From contig NW_002060964.1 of NCBI RefSeq assembly GCF_000150275.1, forward strand, positions 108,720-172,719: a stretch of 64,000 nucleotides of DNA, given 5' to 3'. Below the pieces are notes generated by a model, which worked only from the letters and a program-made list of their open reading frames with translations, made no database searches and had not been told where the DNA came from. A program made the position numbers and the translations under genes. This document shows positions 35,993 to 50,200 of the stretch, one piece after another (position 1 is the stretch's first letter; each line of letters opens with the position of its first letter). Origin of the DNA: Trichoplax adhaerens. Its lineage: Eukaryota > Animalia > Placozoa.

Positions 35993-38900
35993 TCATACTA
36001 TATGTTTCACAGCTTGTGTCGCGTCAATGGTTGTTATAGTTGGTTTTGCAACACGGGAATCCATAACTGGTACAGACATCCTGGAAAATGATAAATTAGC
36101 AAACGGTGATATTAGAGTTCATTTCTTTACGGTTTAACTCACGGAAATCATTGTTAAAATTATTTTAACAAGTTTAATCGGTTGAGCAATAGCTTTTGTT
36201 GAACAAATTAAAGTTTCACTAATAAAGCGAATTAAAAAAGGAGATAGTACTAAATCCTGTACTTACGGAATGTTGGAGTGGCTATTGACGACAAATAATG
36301 GATTGGCTTTACTTAAAATTTCGTCGTTTACTGATACACCATCTAAGTATTGCTTTAGAATAGCTTTTAACCGCTGATTTTCAGCCACCAATTTGCCTTT
36401 TTCCTTATCAATTGCTAATTTCTCTAATAGTACCTACAAGTAATAAAAGTGTTAAATATCTGGTATAGAAGGATGACGTAAAATATTGAACTGGGATATC
36501 TGGAAAGTACAGCACTTGTACTTACAGTAATAATGTAAAATATGAAATATTTATTTTGGAGTATGGATCTAATATACCAAACATGATATCAAGATGTGAT
36601 ACACTACCTTATTATAACGTTTCCAAAAGTTATCTAAGCTGGTATAATCGTGAAGCATCTAAGTGAAAAAGATTCGATTAGTTGGTGCTGGTAATTATCG
36701 TACTGGATTAGTCAACTCAGTTATACTGTGAAGTATAGTATATACTATTTAGCAAATAAGAAGCATTACATCTGCAAGTTTTTCAACTGAAGGTTCCGCC
36801 ATAGCTGCTTCGATATCATCTTCTTCTTCCTTTGTCAGAGTAGACGGATAAAATGGTAAAACCTATAAAATCAATGATGAGTTTTGATTAGATTTAAAAA
36901 TTTTCATGATAGTCCATTCTGTTAAATGTGAAGAAGATCTTTCATTACGATAATTTAATGTAGACCGTAATACTACGCTTAGGATTCTTCCTATCACAAT
37001 TTAACAAGTTACCTTTTCTTCTTCAGCTTCCAGTTTTCTACACATTTCAGCAATTTTTAAAATATGCTGACCCTTTATATTCAATGTAATAATATCAAAA
37101 AACATAAACAAGAGTAATAGCTAAAATCAGCTTTAGTGTTCGGGTGCAATTCAACATCTCAACCGGTCTACCTTAGTTTTAATCCTATCTAATTCCTTCA
37201 GAGTGTTATTGCTTTGAACTGTTAAAGTTGTTAACCTAGCTCTAAATAAAGATTGATATCCAAATTGGCGAAATTTTATAGTAGATGCTCAAAATAACAT
37301 TGCAATTAAAAATGACCTATACTGTAAATAAGATGAAAACCCTAGTACCTATCAGCATCGCGAAGTCTACCCATTTGAGTTTTAAGCTCTTGAAAATGCA
37401 CGAGAATAGATTCTCTTTCCTGTAAAGAGAATTACAGTTAAAATATAGATTTAATCATCCTTACATACAGTAGATATCCAAAATTGTGGTTATCTAACGA
37501 ATAACATGAATCTCAGACTGGTATGTACTTCTTTCAAAGTTTTATTGCGTTCATCACTTTCTTTAGCGGTGCTGGCCATTTTAGCTTTCAAAAATGATAT
37601 TTGATCCTGCCACAATAGTTTTTACGTAAATATGATCATTACTTTCAGTTAATTTTATTAATATTTTATTTTATTAGCATTAAATGCACGATGACTGGAT
37701 ATATAAAAACTTAAATAAGTATTGTTATCTTTATAGTTTGATCATGTCTACATGCGATTCATGCTTAACTCCTGAGATTTAGCATCATTAAACTTATATC
37801 AGAATCAAACTATAATAGTATGATGTTCTCTTCTATTCTTACAGTTAAGCGTTGTAGCTTTCTCATTTGTTGTTCAATTTCTTCAGCACTTTTTTCATCT
37901 TTTGCTTTTAGATTCTCGAACGCTGTTTTTCTGTCTGCCGTAGCTTGCGTATAATTAGTACGCGCCTAGCAAAGCAATTGGATACAAATGAAACGCTTTA
38001 TTGTTATTTCATGAAAACAACGCTGTAAAAGTAAATTCAACACAAAAATATAACTCAAATTATTTTAAAATTCTCGTTGTCCACTTACTTCTTCAAATTG
38101 CTTCCACAGATCTTCAACAGTGCCTTCCAGCTGTATGCGTAGGGCATGCTTTTCCTCTAAATTCTACATATTGATTAAAATAAGAGGTGTTTATTCATAT
38201 CACGACTGCTGTTACCGTACATTATAGAAATGGGTCGAATACATCAGTTATAACAAATCCTCACCCTATTTTTGATTTCATCTCGTACACTTTGAAACTC
38301 ATGGCGAACATCGCTTTCTCTTTCATTAAATTCTTGCTCCATTGCGAACATTATATCTGTCAATTCATCACATTCTTTCTTATTTTGATTGATCATAGAG
38401 GACCTGTACAGGTATATTTAAAACGGTTACTGCTATATCAGGCATAATTAATTAATAGCAATACTGATAAATAGATAAGTTAGTATAGCATAGCAAACTC
38501 TCTTATAGTTATTCTAGCAATGATATGCAAAGAAAATGGCATATTACAGTAATTGTTTTATATAATTTTAATGCTAGTAAATCATTTATTTCAGCAAAAT
38601 AATGGAAATAATTGCTTTGCACAATGTACTATCATGCACTACATGTATTGCATTTAGCTCACCTTTCGGAATCGAATTCCTGCTTTAGAATTTCTAGCTG
38701 TTTGTCATATTCCGACTTTACTGACGTTAATCGGCTATGTTGTAAAGCGATTAATTCATCCATATTTTGTAGATGACTCCTTAAAGCCATTTGATATCTG
38801 AGATACTTCAGTTAATGATATTCAACTTTAAGAAGTAGAAAATAATTGTATACAACTATCACTTTATTAGGCACTTTTATACTATCTAGGATCAATTTAA

Positions 38901-41900
38901 AAAAATATTAGAAAAAAATAGCTATCAAAGCACTATTATTATCATACGAATATAATGTTAAGATACTGTTCTTCAGCTTCTTCTAAATCCTTTCCTAGAG
39001 ACTTGACAATTGCATCTTTACGATCCACAACACGTTCAAATGTTTGCTGTAGGACTTCAATATCTTTAACTAAATCCTTCGCTTTGGCTATGGAAACCAA
39101 AACGTGTATATGTTTAGCCGGTATCGATCACAGTTAGCTGAATCATGTTATTCAAGGTGTACACGGCAAAACCGAGAGTAAAGTAAATGCAAGTGTGACC
39201 GATTTTCATTTCATCTTACACCTTCTCGTAACGTAGTAATCTTGCGTATCGATTGTATTCACCTCAGGCAAATACAATATGCAGTAGCAGTCGATGGGAA
39301 ATGGGCATTTTTGGCAGCATATACTCATTATTTATATTGGTATACTAGCAGTATTGCCATTCATTTATTTATGGATTGATCAAGGATATTACCGGATATT
39401 GGGATCCATCACTATGCCTCGAGACAACTAATCGTGTACCACTGTACTTCGATTTACTGTTTTCTATTTGATGGTATCGAAGAAAAGGCTAACGGGAGTT
39501 AGATGAGTAATTAATTCTCACGATAATGGACTGTACAGTACAGTACTAAACAAACATCCTCGATAGACTATGGCATTCATTTCCATTTTATTACTGTCTT
39601 TTTTAGAATAGTAGAAGCTCTGTGAAGAGCCTTCAAAAATTGCAACGCCGACTGTCGTTTAGACGAGTCGTCGTGCGGGATATTGGGAAAAGTTTTCAAC
39701 TAGCAATAACCGCGCCTCGGTAAAACCTCACTGGCTACGGTACTGCCACTGCGCAAAGTTATCGCTTCAAACTTTTCGAGGGTATATATATTATATTCCG
39801 ATTACTTTAATTATGGGATTAAAATTATGCAAATTAGTTCGATAGCTGTTTCTGCACGAAGGACTTCTGTACAGTACAGTACAGTACCATGGACTAAAGT
39901 ACTAGAAATAATACCTGCTGTAGTAGTAGTCTATGACTGTACTGTACTGTACATACTGTGGTTGTCCATATGGTGCATGATGCAGTACTGTACAGTACAG
40001 TACTGTGGAGTTTATTTACTGTAATTAATCAATGTACTGTACTGTAGGCTTTACCATAAATGCAGATAACTGAATGGGAAACTATCCTAAAGGTTGTATC
40101 AATTTGTATGCCATACTGTACTGTACGATGCTGTGCTGTAATTGTACACTCTTATGATCCATTTGGTTTTAGTTAACATTTGAAAATTAATTTAGGAAAA
40201 ATAATGTAGATATACGATATATTTAACGCAAATTATCATTATAGTTACGCTACAATATTTTACATCAATAATAATCAATTGCATTAATTCGATAACGTTT
40301 CATATTGCCTTAATTTCTTGCCCTATTTCAACAAAATTTGTCAATACGAGATACGTATCCTGATAAATTGAATTGAAGCTTGATTCGAGTGAAATTCCTT
40401 TACAACTACATGTTTATAATGTCTACTCTTTTGGATTGACTTTATCATTCATAATTGACTTTCAGATGAGCCGCTATTCTAGATTATCATCCAACTTTTA
40501 TCGTAAACGAATTTCAATTATATGCAGTAAGCAGAGTACAGGATCGTGTTAGCTAATTTATGCGTACGTGAATCTAAATATATTTTATGCTGTATCCACA
40601 TCCAAGTCTGACTGAATCAATCATAACAGGATCTTCTCTCGAGCAAGAGACTTCAGATTAAAGTAATAATATCATAAAATGCACGTAGCTCTTTAATATA
40701 TACTATTCATTACAACTCTAACTGAAGGCAATTACTGTATATTGCTTAGGGAGGATAATTCTAACACCCAATGAAGTCAAATCTACATCGCCACATTTTT
40801 TATCCTACATTAATGTCATGAATATTTCTAAGCATGGAAATTTAAAATGACTTCTAAAAAGTTTAAAATACAGCTAGACTAATTTTATGATAGCTCCAAA
40901 CTGAAAATACATAAACATGTAACGGTAATGAGAGCTTCTTTATCAGTCGATGTACAATCTTAATTACTTTATAGATCTTATGAAACTCTTATTTTACTAT
41001 ACCTTCTCGCATGATTGCTCGCCATTGATAATTTAACTTATTAATGTTAAATTTGGAATACTTTTCCTCTTTGCCAAGCTTTTCCTATTGGAAATCATCA
41101 ATGATTGCAACTTATAAGTACTCAGAAGTGCAAATATAATTTAATGATATTGCACAATTACATTTTTAAGCGTCTTTCTTATGAAAAATGTAATAGAATA
41201 TGGTATATTGGGGGGAGAGGATAGAAGTTGATACGTTTGTATTTCTAACTTCAAAGACTAATATCATTTATTGTGAAAGTCATCCTTTATCATGTGCTGT
41301 TCATATGATTAATTCTTGCGATTAGAAAAACGAACGTGTTAATGCATTAATTTAATATAATAAATCTTTCAGATTACTCATTCCATTACTAATACGATAT
41401 TTAATTACAGTCTGATGTTAGATATTAGTTTATTAACGACTGAGACTACTTCACGGTAAGGTGGCACTATGAACAGCTAAAACAAGGTATTCCTTCAATT
41501 TTTAATGGTGAAATTAAGTTTTATCCATAGCCGCACTAGTATCATCGTGATTGAATATGCGGTGTTATTTAGGAAAGCGATTGACGATGTTTTCGCTTGT
41601 CTACGTTATATGAAGCGTATCATAGGTAATCGATAGGCTAATAATATCCTACCGTACTATAGTTCGACTAACCTACTAGCTAGGATAACTCTGTATGATA
41701 TAACGAATAACTCGTGTAATAATCGAAGAAAAATATATTTCCTTTTAAAAACCTAATTTACCTTTAGAAATTGCGTCAGTAAATCTTCTTTATTTTTTCG
41801 CATTTCCTCTTCTGCCAACTGCTTCTGCTCGAGATAAAGCAGTCTTTCCTCTTCAGTCATGTTGGCAAGCTTTTTCTTTTTAGCACTTCCCTTCTTTCTA

Positions 41901-41908
41901 GGCGGCAT
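35993..41908 (-). CDS. CCDC65: Dynein regulatory complex subunit 2 (CCDC65), about 15 exons (first 41762-41908, second about 41002-41084, last 35993-36080)
   Basis: [109 protein letters not shown] and [14 protein letters not shown] match DRC2. Confidence 0.93.
38798..38966 (-). other. Probable U12-type GT-AG intron in CCDC65
   Basis: Donor GTATCTTAA, branch ATCATTAAC 13 nt from the AG, no polypyrimidine tract. Phase-2 join gives [11 protein letters not shown]. Confidence 0.6.
39616..39760 (-). ncRNA. RNU4: U4 spliceosomal snRNA, nested in CCDC65 intron 2 on the same strand
   Basis: Minus strand reads AACUUUGCGCAGUGGCAGUACCGUAGCCAGUGAGGUUUUACCGAGGCGCGGUUAUUGCUAGUUGAAAACUUUUCCCAAUAUCCCG...Sm site AAUUUUUG, then 3' hairpin GGCUCU-ucac-AGAGCU. 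Collinear with metazoan U4. Confidence 0.97.
39778..39817 (-). promoter_or_regulatory. U4 promoter: PSE-like CCCATAATTAAAGTAATC (-57 to -40) plus TATA-like TATATATACCCTC
   Basis: Position relative to U4 +1 (39760) fits a SNAPc-bound PSE; the sequence resembles the vertebrate PSE; the same block recurs at 57763. Confidence 0.75.
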
Positions 41909-42475
41909 TTTGGCTCAATATGATTTAGGCGTAGTTACTGAAATAGATTCAGTCAGGAATTTACAACTTGCTTGTTTTTATAGGCTACTAATATAGCACT
42001 AACTCAGTATTTTCTTACTGATTATTGCGAAAGCTAATATCTGATTTATGTGAAAGTTCAATGTACTTAAATGTTACTCTGCCAATTGTTGAGAGATATA
42101 CGTATGTAAATTTTTAATACTAAAATCTATGAAATGTTTAACAATTGTTGATCAAATCTAGTAACTCTCTTGCCTGATATGGAATTATAAATCTATTGGG
42201 ATGTTAAAGGCGAAATAGTTAAGGAAAAACGTATTCTGGACAGCTGCTGATACCTTGTACGTGTATTACTCGCAATACGATGTAATGTTAAAATAGACTA
42301 TGCGACCAATCACTAATACGTTAACAGTTACGGTGCGAAAATATACTTACTTTCTTATACTTTTTCCTTTATCAGAACCCCTGAAACAGTATGCTAGTTA
42401 TGATCTAAATGTAAATACCATTATAAGAATCCATTACTAAGAGTACAGCCAGTTACAACTTTTTTTTTGAAAGCT

Positions 42476-42503
42476 TGTAATGGTTGCCATAGCAACCATT
42501 ACA
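42476..42503. promoter_or_regulatory. RFX X-box GTTGCCATAGCAAC (42483-42496) within a 28-bp palindrome upstream of CCDC65
   Basis: Consensus X-box GTTNCCATRGNAAC lies about 130 bp upstream of a likely 5' UTR intron (41938-42350) of a motile-cilia gene. Confidence 0.8.
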
Positions 42504-45500
42504 CTTCCTTATATGCTGTACGTCATATGCGCTATACTGTATAGTACTCTATATGGACCAGACCAGCCGAGTGTATATATATAAACTGGTAGAAAGACAA
42601 CATCTGTGTAGATTATATGTAAATATAATTAGTAATAGTACACTATGGACAGCTTGATAATATAATCCATACCTTCTGGCTAGTTCATAACTCATACAGC
42701 TCTGAATAAGTTTTATTTTGTGCTAATAATTGCATATGAAGTTATGGGTACATTTGGCAAGTACTAGTAATAGTTCCATTGCCAGCTGAGATACAAAATT
42801 TAATATAGTAAGTTTTGTCGTGTTGCTGGGTGGAAGGGGATAATCAATTATAGTTTTAGTATAAGATAAGTACTACTATAAAATTAATTTATCGTACTCG
42901 TATAGGTAGATTATGATAGCGTTTGATCAGTGAATAACTCAGTAGATATAAAAGATTATCAGTAGACGTCTTCTTGCTTCCAATCTGCTGTATAGTTGAT
43001 GTTTGATGCTAGTTAGAATTTCTCAATTATGTTGAGGTAAACAATTTCATTTCATTGCATATCCATGATATTCTTGCATATAATATCGCCATATCTATTT
43101 TTCGATCTATAGTGCGATTACTGCTGTAAATTCCTATTGCCACAATTACTGTTTTAGCTAAGCTGTATTATAAATAAATTGCAATTGTGCATAATGACCA
43201 TATTTGGGCTTTAATTACATGATACGCGTTTTTATATTAAACATAATAGTACTTTTAATACCTTGGTATTTCTGGTTAAAGACTAAATTTAATTATTTTC
43301 AAAGGAATACTTAATGGAATTTAACTTTAGAATGATGTTTAATTTTTGATAGCATCCAGAAACATTTTTAATTACATGCTACGGAACCATAGCTCTTACT
43401 GGATGATAATTTTAATTTTATCATTAAAAATGAAAATTATCATTCAGGTAGTGGTAGGATAATAATTTCGAATCAGACATTGAAACTACCAAATTAAGCT
43501 TATCATCTACTGTAATTTAATATGATTTTCCTACACTTTGGATACATATTATTATTCTTCATTAATCTCTGTTTGTTATTTTCGCAATTAAATTTCATTA
43601 TATTAATAAATGCAACTGACAGCAAAATAATATGAATGTAATATGAGGTTACTTCACAATGAATGATTGCCAGGCCCAGTTGTATCAATCGTAATACTTA
43701 TTTAATATTGATAAATTCTATTACCACTTACTACTCAAAACTATAAATATGATTGAACATGGTATGGTCCCAGAGTTTTAGTATTATCTTAGCATGATTT
43801 GATATACGGTACTTTAATGCAGGTACAAAATTAGTGTAATGATCATAACGTTATCTAAGAATAATGTCATCATGACTTGAGTATAAAGGGCAATAAAAGC
43901 TAGTGAGCACAACAGTTTATCGCAATCTATGAAGCAAGCAATACTTTGAGATCATAGAATTAAATTAGTGTGTGAAGTTTATTTCATACCTTTTGAATCA
44001 ATGACGTCTTTAACAATCATCTCTAACCGTACCTTGAAATTGGCCTCTAGCTTTTTTACCTGGAACGATTTATATATTTGAATAGCGCAATGTAAAACTA
44101 TCAGACTGGACAATACTGACTGTGCCGTTCAAAAGGGCTAATTAAATCGCGACTCAATTGATCTTAATATAGATTATTAGATGAATAATAAGCAATAAAC
44201 AGCATATAATATAAATTCTGCAAAACTTCTTCATTTGCTAGTAGCTCATCATAGCGGCTAGGATCTTCAAATACATCTTATTTCATACACTAATTATTGG
44301 CAATGCAATCATTATCAAGAGCCAATAGTAATGGTATAGCTTTCTTAAGCTAAATTGCAGAACTTGAATTTGATTCCGTTTGCAATCAACCTATCAGAAT
44401 AACCCTATAAGCATCAATGCAGAAAAATTTCTCTAGTATTAAGAAATAATTGCCATCTACAGTCACTGTACACAAGATAATATATCTTAGCATAAAATAA
44501 AGTAAGGAGTATTTTTGCGTTCGAACTTTCTAGATTTTGTTCTGTAAGGAAAAATAACACAAAAATTTCTCCATAATGAGAGTCATAATTGATATTTACA
44601 ATATATTAAGAATATGCAGTTCTTATATATAGTATGTCTGTATATTGACTATATTGATATACTGTAGATTAAGGCACCTATCAGATTTATGAGCTTCTTA
44701 TAATTAATTAAATCAAGATATTTTAGGTAGTTTATTGTGTCTCTTAATTTCATCTTTGCTATTATCGCTTGATCGGTCGGGGTATAAAATCTGTTTTCTT
44801 TTTAAAAGTATTTCAGTAAACTATCATACAGTTATTATACTTCTTATATATTCAACTATAAGTTTGTATTAATTAGATAAAAATTAAAAGAAAATAGTAC
44901 TTTCCCTTAAAGATACTTTGGATCAAAATGATATTGGTGTTATTGTAAATTTAAAATCTTTTCTTCTAATATTCTGGTACTTAAGAACGAAATAAATATT
45001 AAGGAATCAACTGTGCATAGCTGTTACCATCACAGGATGTGAGTATAAGAAAAAGCTACCAGTAATCATGAAATTTATTTAATAGTTGTCATTACATAAC
45101 AACTTGTTGCTCAGACAGAAATATACAGCTATTAGAGGAGATTTACAGGGTGAATTTACATTACAATATGACCTAAGAGTCAGTAGTTTCTTTCAAATTT
45201 ACGCAGATAGATTCATGCAGTTTTGTTAATAGATTACACTTTTTTCATGCCTTAGTTTTTACCAAGAAATTACCTTCACGGTATGTGAGATAGACAATCA
45301 TACTATGATCGATTTAGATTAACTTATAGAAAAAATAAATTCCGCTACACAGATGTTGTAATGAAGGTTAATTATTGAAAGATTTTCCTGTGATATTTCG
45401 GAAGATTGTGTGTTAGTCGTAATTATAAGAATTTAAGACAATAACTTGGTAAAATAGTAATCTTTATTGCAGCTAGTTTGAGGAAAAAAGTGTAAAATTA

Positions 45501-46123
45501 TAACGTGAACAGTGACATGAAATGACCGAAGAGCTACAGTAAATTAGAATATAGGGAGATTTCTCTTACCTCTATGGTATAATTAGAATTTTACAGTACA
45601 GTATAAATATTAAAAATCAAAAGGTCATGCAAATACGGAGTTATACTACAGCGTAAAGAAAATTAACTTTTACCAAGAATTGGCTATACCGTATACAGAA
45701 GCATACACTACATTTCATTTAATAATTTGGTATAAGTTTACGAGATCAAATGATGTACGTAGAAATAGTAATTTGCAAAATGTTTGTAGCTAACACTGAT
45801 TTTAGTTTGCGATTGTCATCTACATCATCTCTATCAGTGTACGATCAACTAAATGAACATTATTCAAGTAGGATACTTTACGATCGCAAGTAAATCCGTA
45901 TTTATTAATTAGTTCTTTTATTGATTCAGATAGCTTGAGGTACATTCTGTTTAATACTAAAGCAGTATTAATCTGTTACTTTTTATGCGACCATGATAAC
46001 ATTTTTCATGGTATTTTATACGTCTGTAGTTCAAAATTGAATAGTGAGTTATTTTTCCCGTAAAAATCATATCTGATCAAGTGTATTTGTAGCTGAAGTA
46101 AATTAAAAATTTTCTTTCTATTA

Positions 46124-47254
46124 CTACAACCAAATATTTTCTGGATTCATTGGATAAAATTGATTCCGGCATTCTTCTACAACCTTTTCTACTTTCTGCC
46201 GCATTTCCGAACTTGCTTTTTTACTTAGTATTATTTGCATACATGAATATATTTTAAGGCTACCTTCTTCATCTAACTTTTCCACTAAGATATCGAGTAA
46301 ATTTTGTAATCCTCGTGGACTTCGATCCATAAAGAGATCGTTTGGCGATCGATGACCCAGAAATAAGATCATTTGCAAATCTTGTAGAGCTTCAGTATTA
46401 TCGTGTAATTCGTGATAACGACTAGGATTCCTGAATATATCCACGTACATCTTAAAGTTGTTTGAAAATCGAATAGCAGAAGTGTACGGTATGTCATAAC
46501 AGTTTATTCCTAGCCTATGACATGAATATCTAATCAGACTATCAGCAGATAACATTCGATATTCTTCGTCATTTGCAATAAAATTTTTGATGTGATTTCT
46601 AATAAAATAGCTTAATGCCATATTGCCATTTTCTTTAACAGCACTATGAAATAGTAGTGCGATACCGTCGTCGGTTAATAGATCTGTCACGATACTATCT
46701 AAAAGATTAGTGACTCCAGATCGACTATTTTTATCTGGAAGAGAAAGATAGTATATACCATGGATAAGATAGACAAGACGAAATCGATTCATCGATTGTG
46801 TAATCTCTTCCTTCGTATACAACAGCTGTGCCACATCAGATTTTAATAAATCGCCGAACGTAATTTGAAAATTTTTCAACGGGATAGTTTGATCACGATA
46901 AGCATTTGAAAGATTATGATAAATTGGTGGTACTTTCTCGTCATGTAGAATATTTTGGTTTAAAGAGACTCCGCTACCAATAAAATTGAAATTGTTGTCC
47001 AATCCTCTAATATCTAAACCTGACTTAAATTTAATTCCTTTTAAGTATCTTATAATAGTATCTCCTTCACCACACGCGATATCAGCCACTAAAGTGACTC
47101 GTTTATCGTCGTTTAGTAAACCTTGGTTTTGTAATTTATTTAAGAAAGTATGATTGACTATCGATCCATTTCTTTTTTCGTTACTTAAGTTCTTGTAGGC
47201 TCTGAAAGCTTTATCATATTCATAGACATCGGTTTTAATTGCAAATGGATGCAT
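46124..47254 (-). CDS. Class I SAM-dependent methyltransferase, histamine-N-methyltransferase-like, copy A (376 aa, intronless)
   Basis: Motif I VADIACGEG, IRGLD, and FRLVYLIHGIYYL / LLTDDGIALLFH parallel HNMT WDFIHMIQMLYYV / LLGTNAKMLIIV. An in-frame stop just upstream fixes the ATG. Confidence 0.8.
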   Translation of the reverse strand: MHPFAIKTDVYEYDKAFRAYKNLSNEKRNGSIVNHTFLNKLQNQGLLNDDKRVTLVADIACGEGDTIIRYLKGIKFKSGLDIRGLDNNFNFIGSGVSLNQNILHDEKVPPIYHNLSNAYRDQTIPLKNFQITFGDLLKSDVAQLLYTKEEITQSMNRFRLVYLIHGIYYLSLPDKNSRSGVTNLLDSIVTDLLTDDGIALLFHSAVKENGNMALSYFIRNHIKNFIANDEEYRMLSADSLIRYSCHRLGINCYDIPYTSAIRFSNNFKMYVDIFRNPSRYHELHDNTEALQDLQMILFLGHRSPNDLFMDRSPRGLQNLLDILVEKLDEEGSLKIYSCMQIILSKKASSEMRQKVEKVVEECRNQFYPMNPENIWL

Positions 47255-50200
47255 TATTATACTAATAGTTTCTTTTGTTAGCTTTTATTCCAATGTTGAG
47301 GGTAGACAGGAGATATCCTCATTAATTTTATGATTTTATTTCTTTTCTTTGCATATGTAGTTCACTACCGTACTTATGATTAAATACATTAGACTATATT
47401 ATCAATAGATGCAGCAGGGGGTAGGGCATGAGTATAAAATAACTGACTTTTGGAATCAAACTAGGAACTGCCTGAATAATTAATACAAAGCGAACCGGTC
47501 GTTGATCCCATCTGCTTATCCTCTTTAGTAGAATATTAATACAGCATTTCCATCGCAATCCAAAGGGTTACCTTTCACGATTGTAATTATTACTAAGATT
47601 TTATTTTTGTCTAACCAATATGGTACGTTAATCAAGCACTGTATGATGGCTGGTCTGGCATAAAATTGATATCCTATCGCTACGCATAGTATAAAGCATG
47701 CAAATAGCATAGTCAAATTATTAGGATATTGTTGATTAAACATGTCATACTGCTACAACGTACAGTATATCATATTTTTGAGTATGCTTGATCTGTTAGT
47801 ACCCATTTTGCAATCAATATCCAGGGATAAATCTAGCAAAATATGCACTGTACTCTTTCAAATATGTACAGTATTGGACAAAGTATATTACTAAATTATG
47901 ATATGCAAACGGAATATAGGGTACCAATTAATACCATCATTATTGCTATTCGAAATGATAAAAAATAACAACAATAAATGAGCTTTTATTTCAACTCATG
48001 GTGTCTAAAAAATGGTTAGCATCGGCCTGTAAATGAGGAATTCTGTGTATTGATGTAAGCACTATTCCTATTTGGTTATTAGCTTAAAAATCATTATAAT
48101 CTACTATGATGCTATGCGATAGTAATGAAGTCTTACGGCAAATTATTCTAATGAGCAATGTAACCCGCCTCGTTGCAAGCGGTCTCCATAGGGTTTCATA
48201 GTACTGTACGCTTAAAATTCAAGATGTGCGCTCAAAATATAGTACCACAGTAGCGGTAAAGTACTCAATAAGGATTTCTATGCACAATGAACAGTACTGG
48301 ATAACTTTAGATTCCTGTGCCAGAGACTACCAAAACTGTCTCCTTACATCATTGAGTGGAGCCCATCTTTATTATTTAGCTGAAAGTCAATTCATCAACT
48401 TTAACTGCTATTAAAACCTTTCTGCTGACTGTGCAACTTTTATTAAACCAATTAGGCTAATACTGTATTAACTCAAGTTGCACATGCTAATTATCAACTT
48501 TATTGCATAAATTCGATCCAGCCATGGCAAAAATACGATAACAGAATTACTATAGCATTGACCGATGATGAGGATGCGAGCTTTGTTTAGACCTCGCTAT
48601 CAAACGCCTAAATGTAGCTTTAATAAAACAGCTAATAACTCTGAAATAAGATTAAACTAAGATTTACAGGCTTTAATTAGATTAAAATGAATAAGTACAA
48701 TTGTCACCTAATTATTAATCATGTAATATACCGAAAATATACATTAAAAGTATGAAAATTACATAAATTTTTTATCTTGTAAACTGAAAATTAAGTTGAT
48801 TGAAGAACATTATGGATCTTTTTTATAATTCTATAAAAGCCGGTATCAATCCAAATGGCTTCCTTACTAGACTCATAGAGTAATTTATTTAATCCATTTA
48901 GAAATGCGTAACGTTGCCTGAAATTAAAGTACTTTTGTTAGATTCATAAAAGCCGACTTTCGTAATGTAAACATAGTTACGGCTATAACAAAGATCTTAA
49001 AAATGTCCATTGGCAAAATGCAAAAGTTGATCACCCAATCTTCTCGTAATCTAAACCCAATATATTTTATTCTAAGTGAAGCCAATTTGATTGCTAAAAT
49101 GAATACACTAAACTGAATTTTTCACTTTTCAATTTATTTGAAATATCAAAGCTAGTACCGCTTACAAGAAAGATACACTTGATTTAGTAGTATATTTATA
49201 CATTAATACGCAAGTTTTACGACTATTAACAGGTCTAACTAATTATTGGTGAAATTTGCCTGTTGTTGACATACCATAAACCTAAGATGATATCGTAATT
49301 CCGCTTTCCAACGAAGTGAATCATGGCTAATTCAAAATAAAAGTTATAAAAAGGAGCTACAATTAATTGATACACTTACGATTCATAGATTAACTATTAT
49401 TCGACCGAAGATGGTGTTGCAGCAATTTATTATCAGAGAAGCTGACTGTATTAAAATGCACAGCGCACACACCTACTATTATTAGGCGGTTCTATTCAAC
49501 AGTGAATAAACGACAAAAGCTTTATTACCTTTTTATTACCGATTATTTGTAATTACTCGTTCGCTGCTTTTACGGCATAGTCATCACTCATTAGAAGCCA
49601 TTATTGTCCATTTGGGGTACCATAAATCATGACATTAAAATAGATGTGTGTATATGCAATATCTCTCTGCAAATTTTGTTCTGTGATGCGTAGTAATCAC
49701 TTAATACTTTCAGGATTATTTTTTATTTTTCGTTTAAGGCCTATTAGGTGAAAATAATTAAATTAATTAAGCATTGTTCAAAGTTTTATTTATGATTTAT
49801 CGGGACATGCATACCCGCTCTTAATGCCTGTAGGCACAAATTGGTACATATTGGTAGAGAGGCCAAGGATTGAATAAATAGCAAAGAACTAGCTGCTATC
49901 ATTATAACAAATTGAATAATAAAGCAAAATTATGAAAGGAATACAGCCAAATAAGAGCTAACTCCATGACGACTGAAATTATTTTCTATGTTGAATGTCA
50001 ATGTTATAGTGATAATCAACTTTTAAAATTTGAATTCGTGTTCAATTCTCTATGAGAATTGACCCGTCCATTTTGATTGGAAGAGGGTGCAAACTTTTAA
50101 GACATCTCTTATAATGCATTCCTAGGAGAATTTTAATTTCCTATAGGTTGAGTGTGATGGACGATTCGATGAGTCGGACCTATTTGTTATGCAGAGAATT

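Noticed and set aside
44570-44587. Third PSE-like match (TCCATAATGAGAGTCATA)
   Set aside because: 14/18 to the 57763 PSE but lacks the TATA-CCCTC block and any structured sequence downstream.
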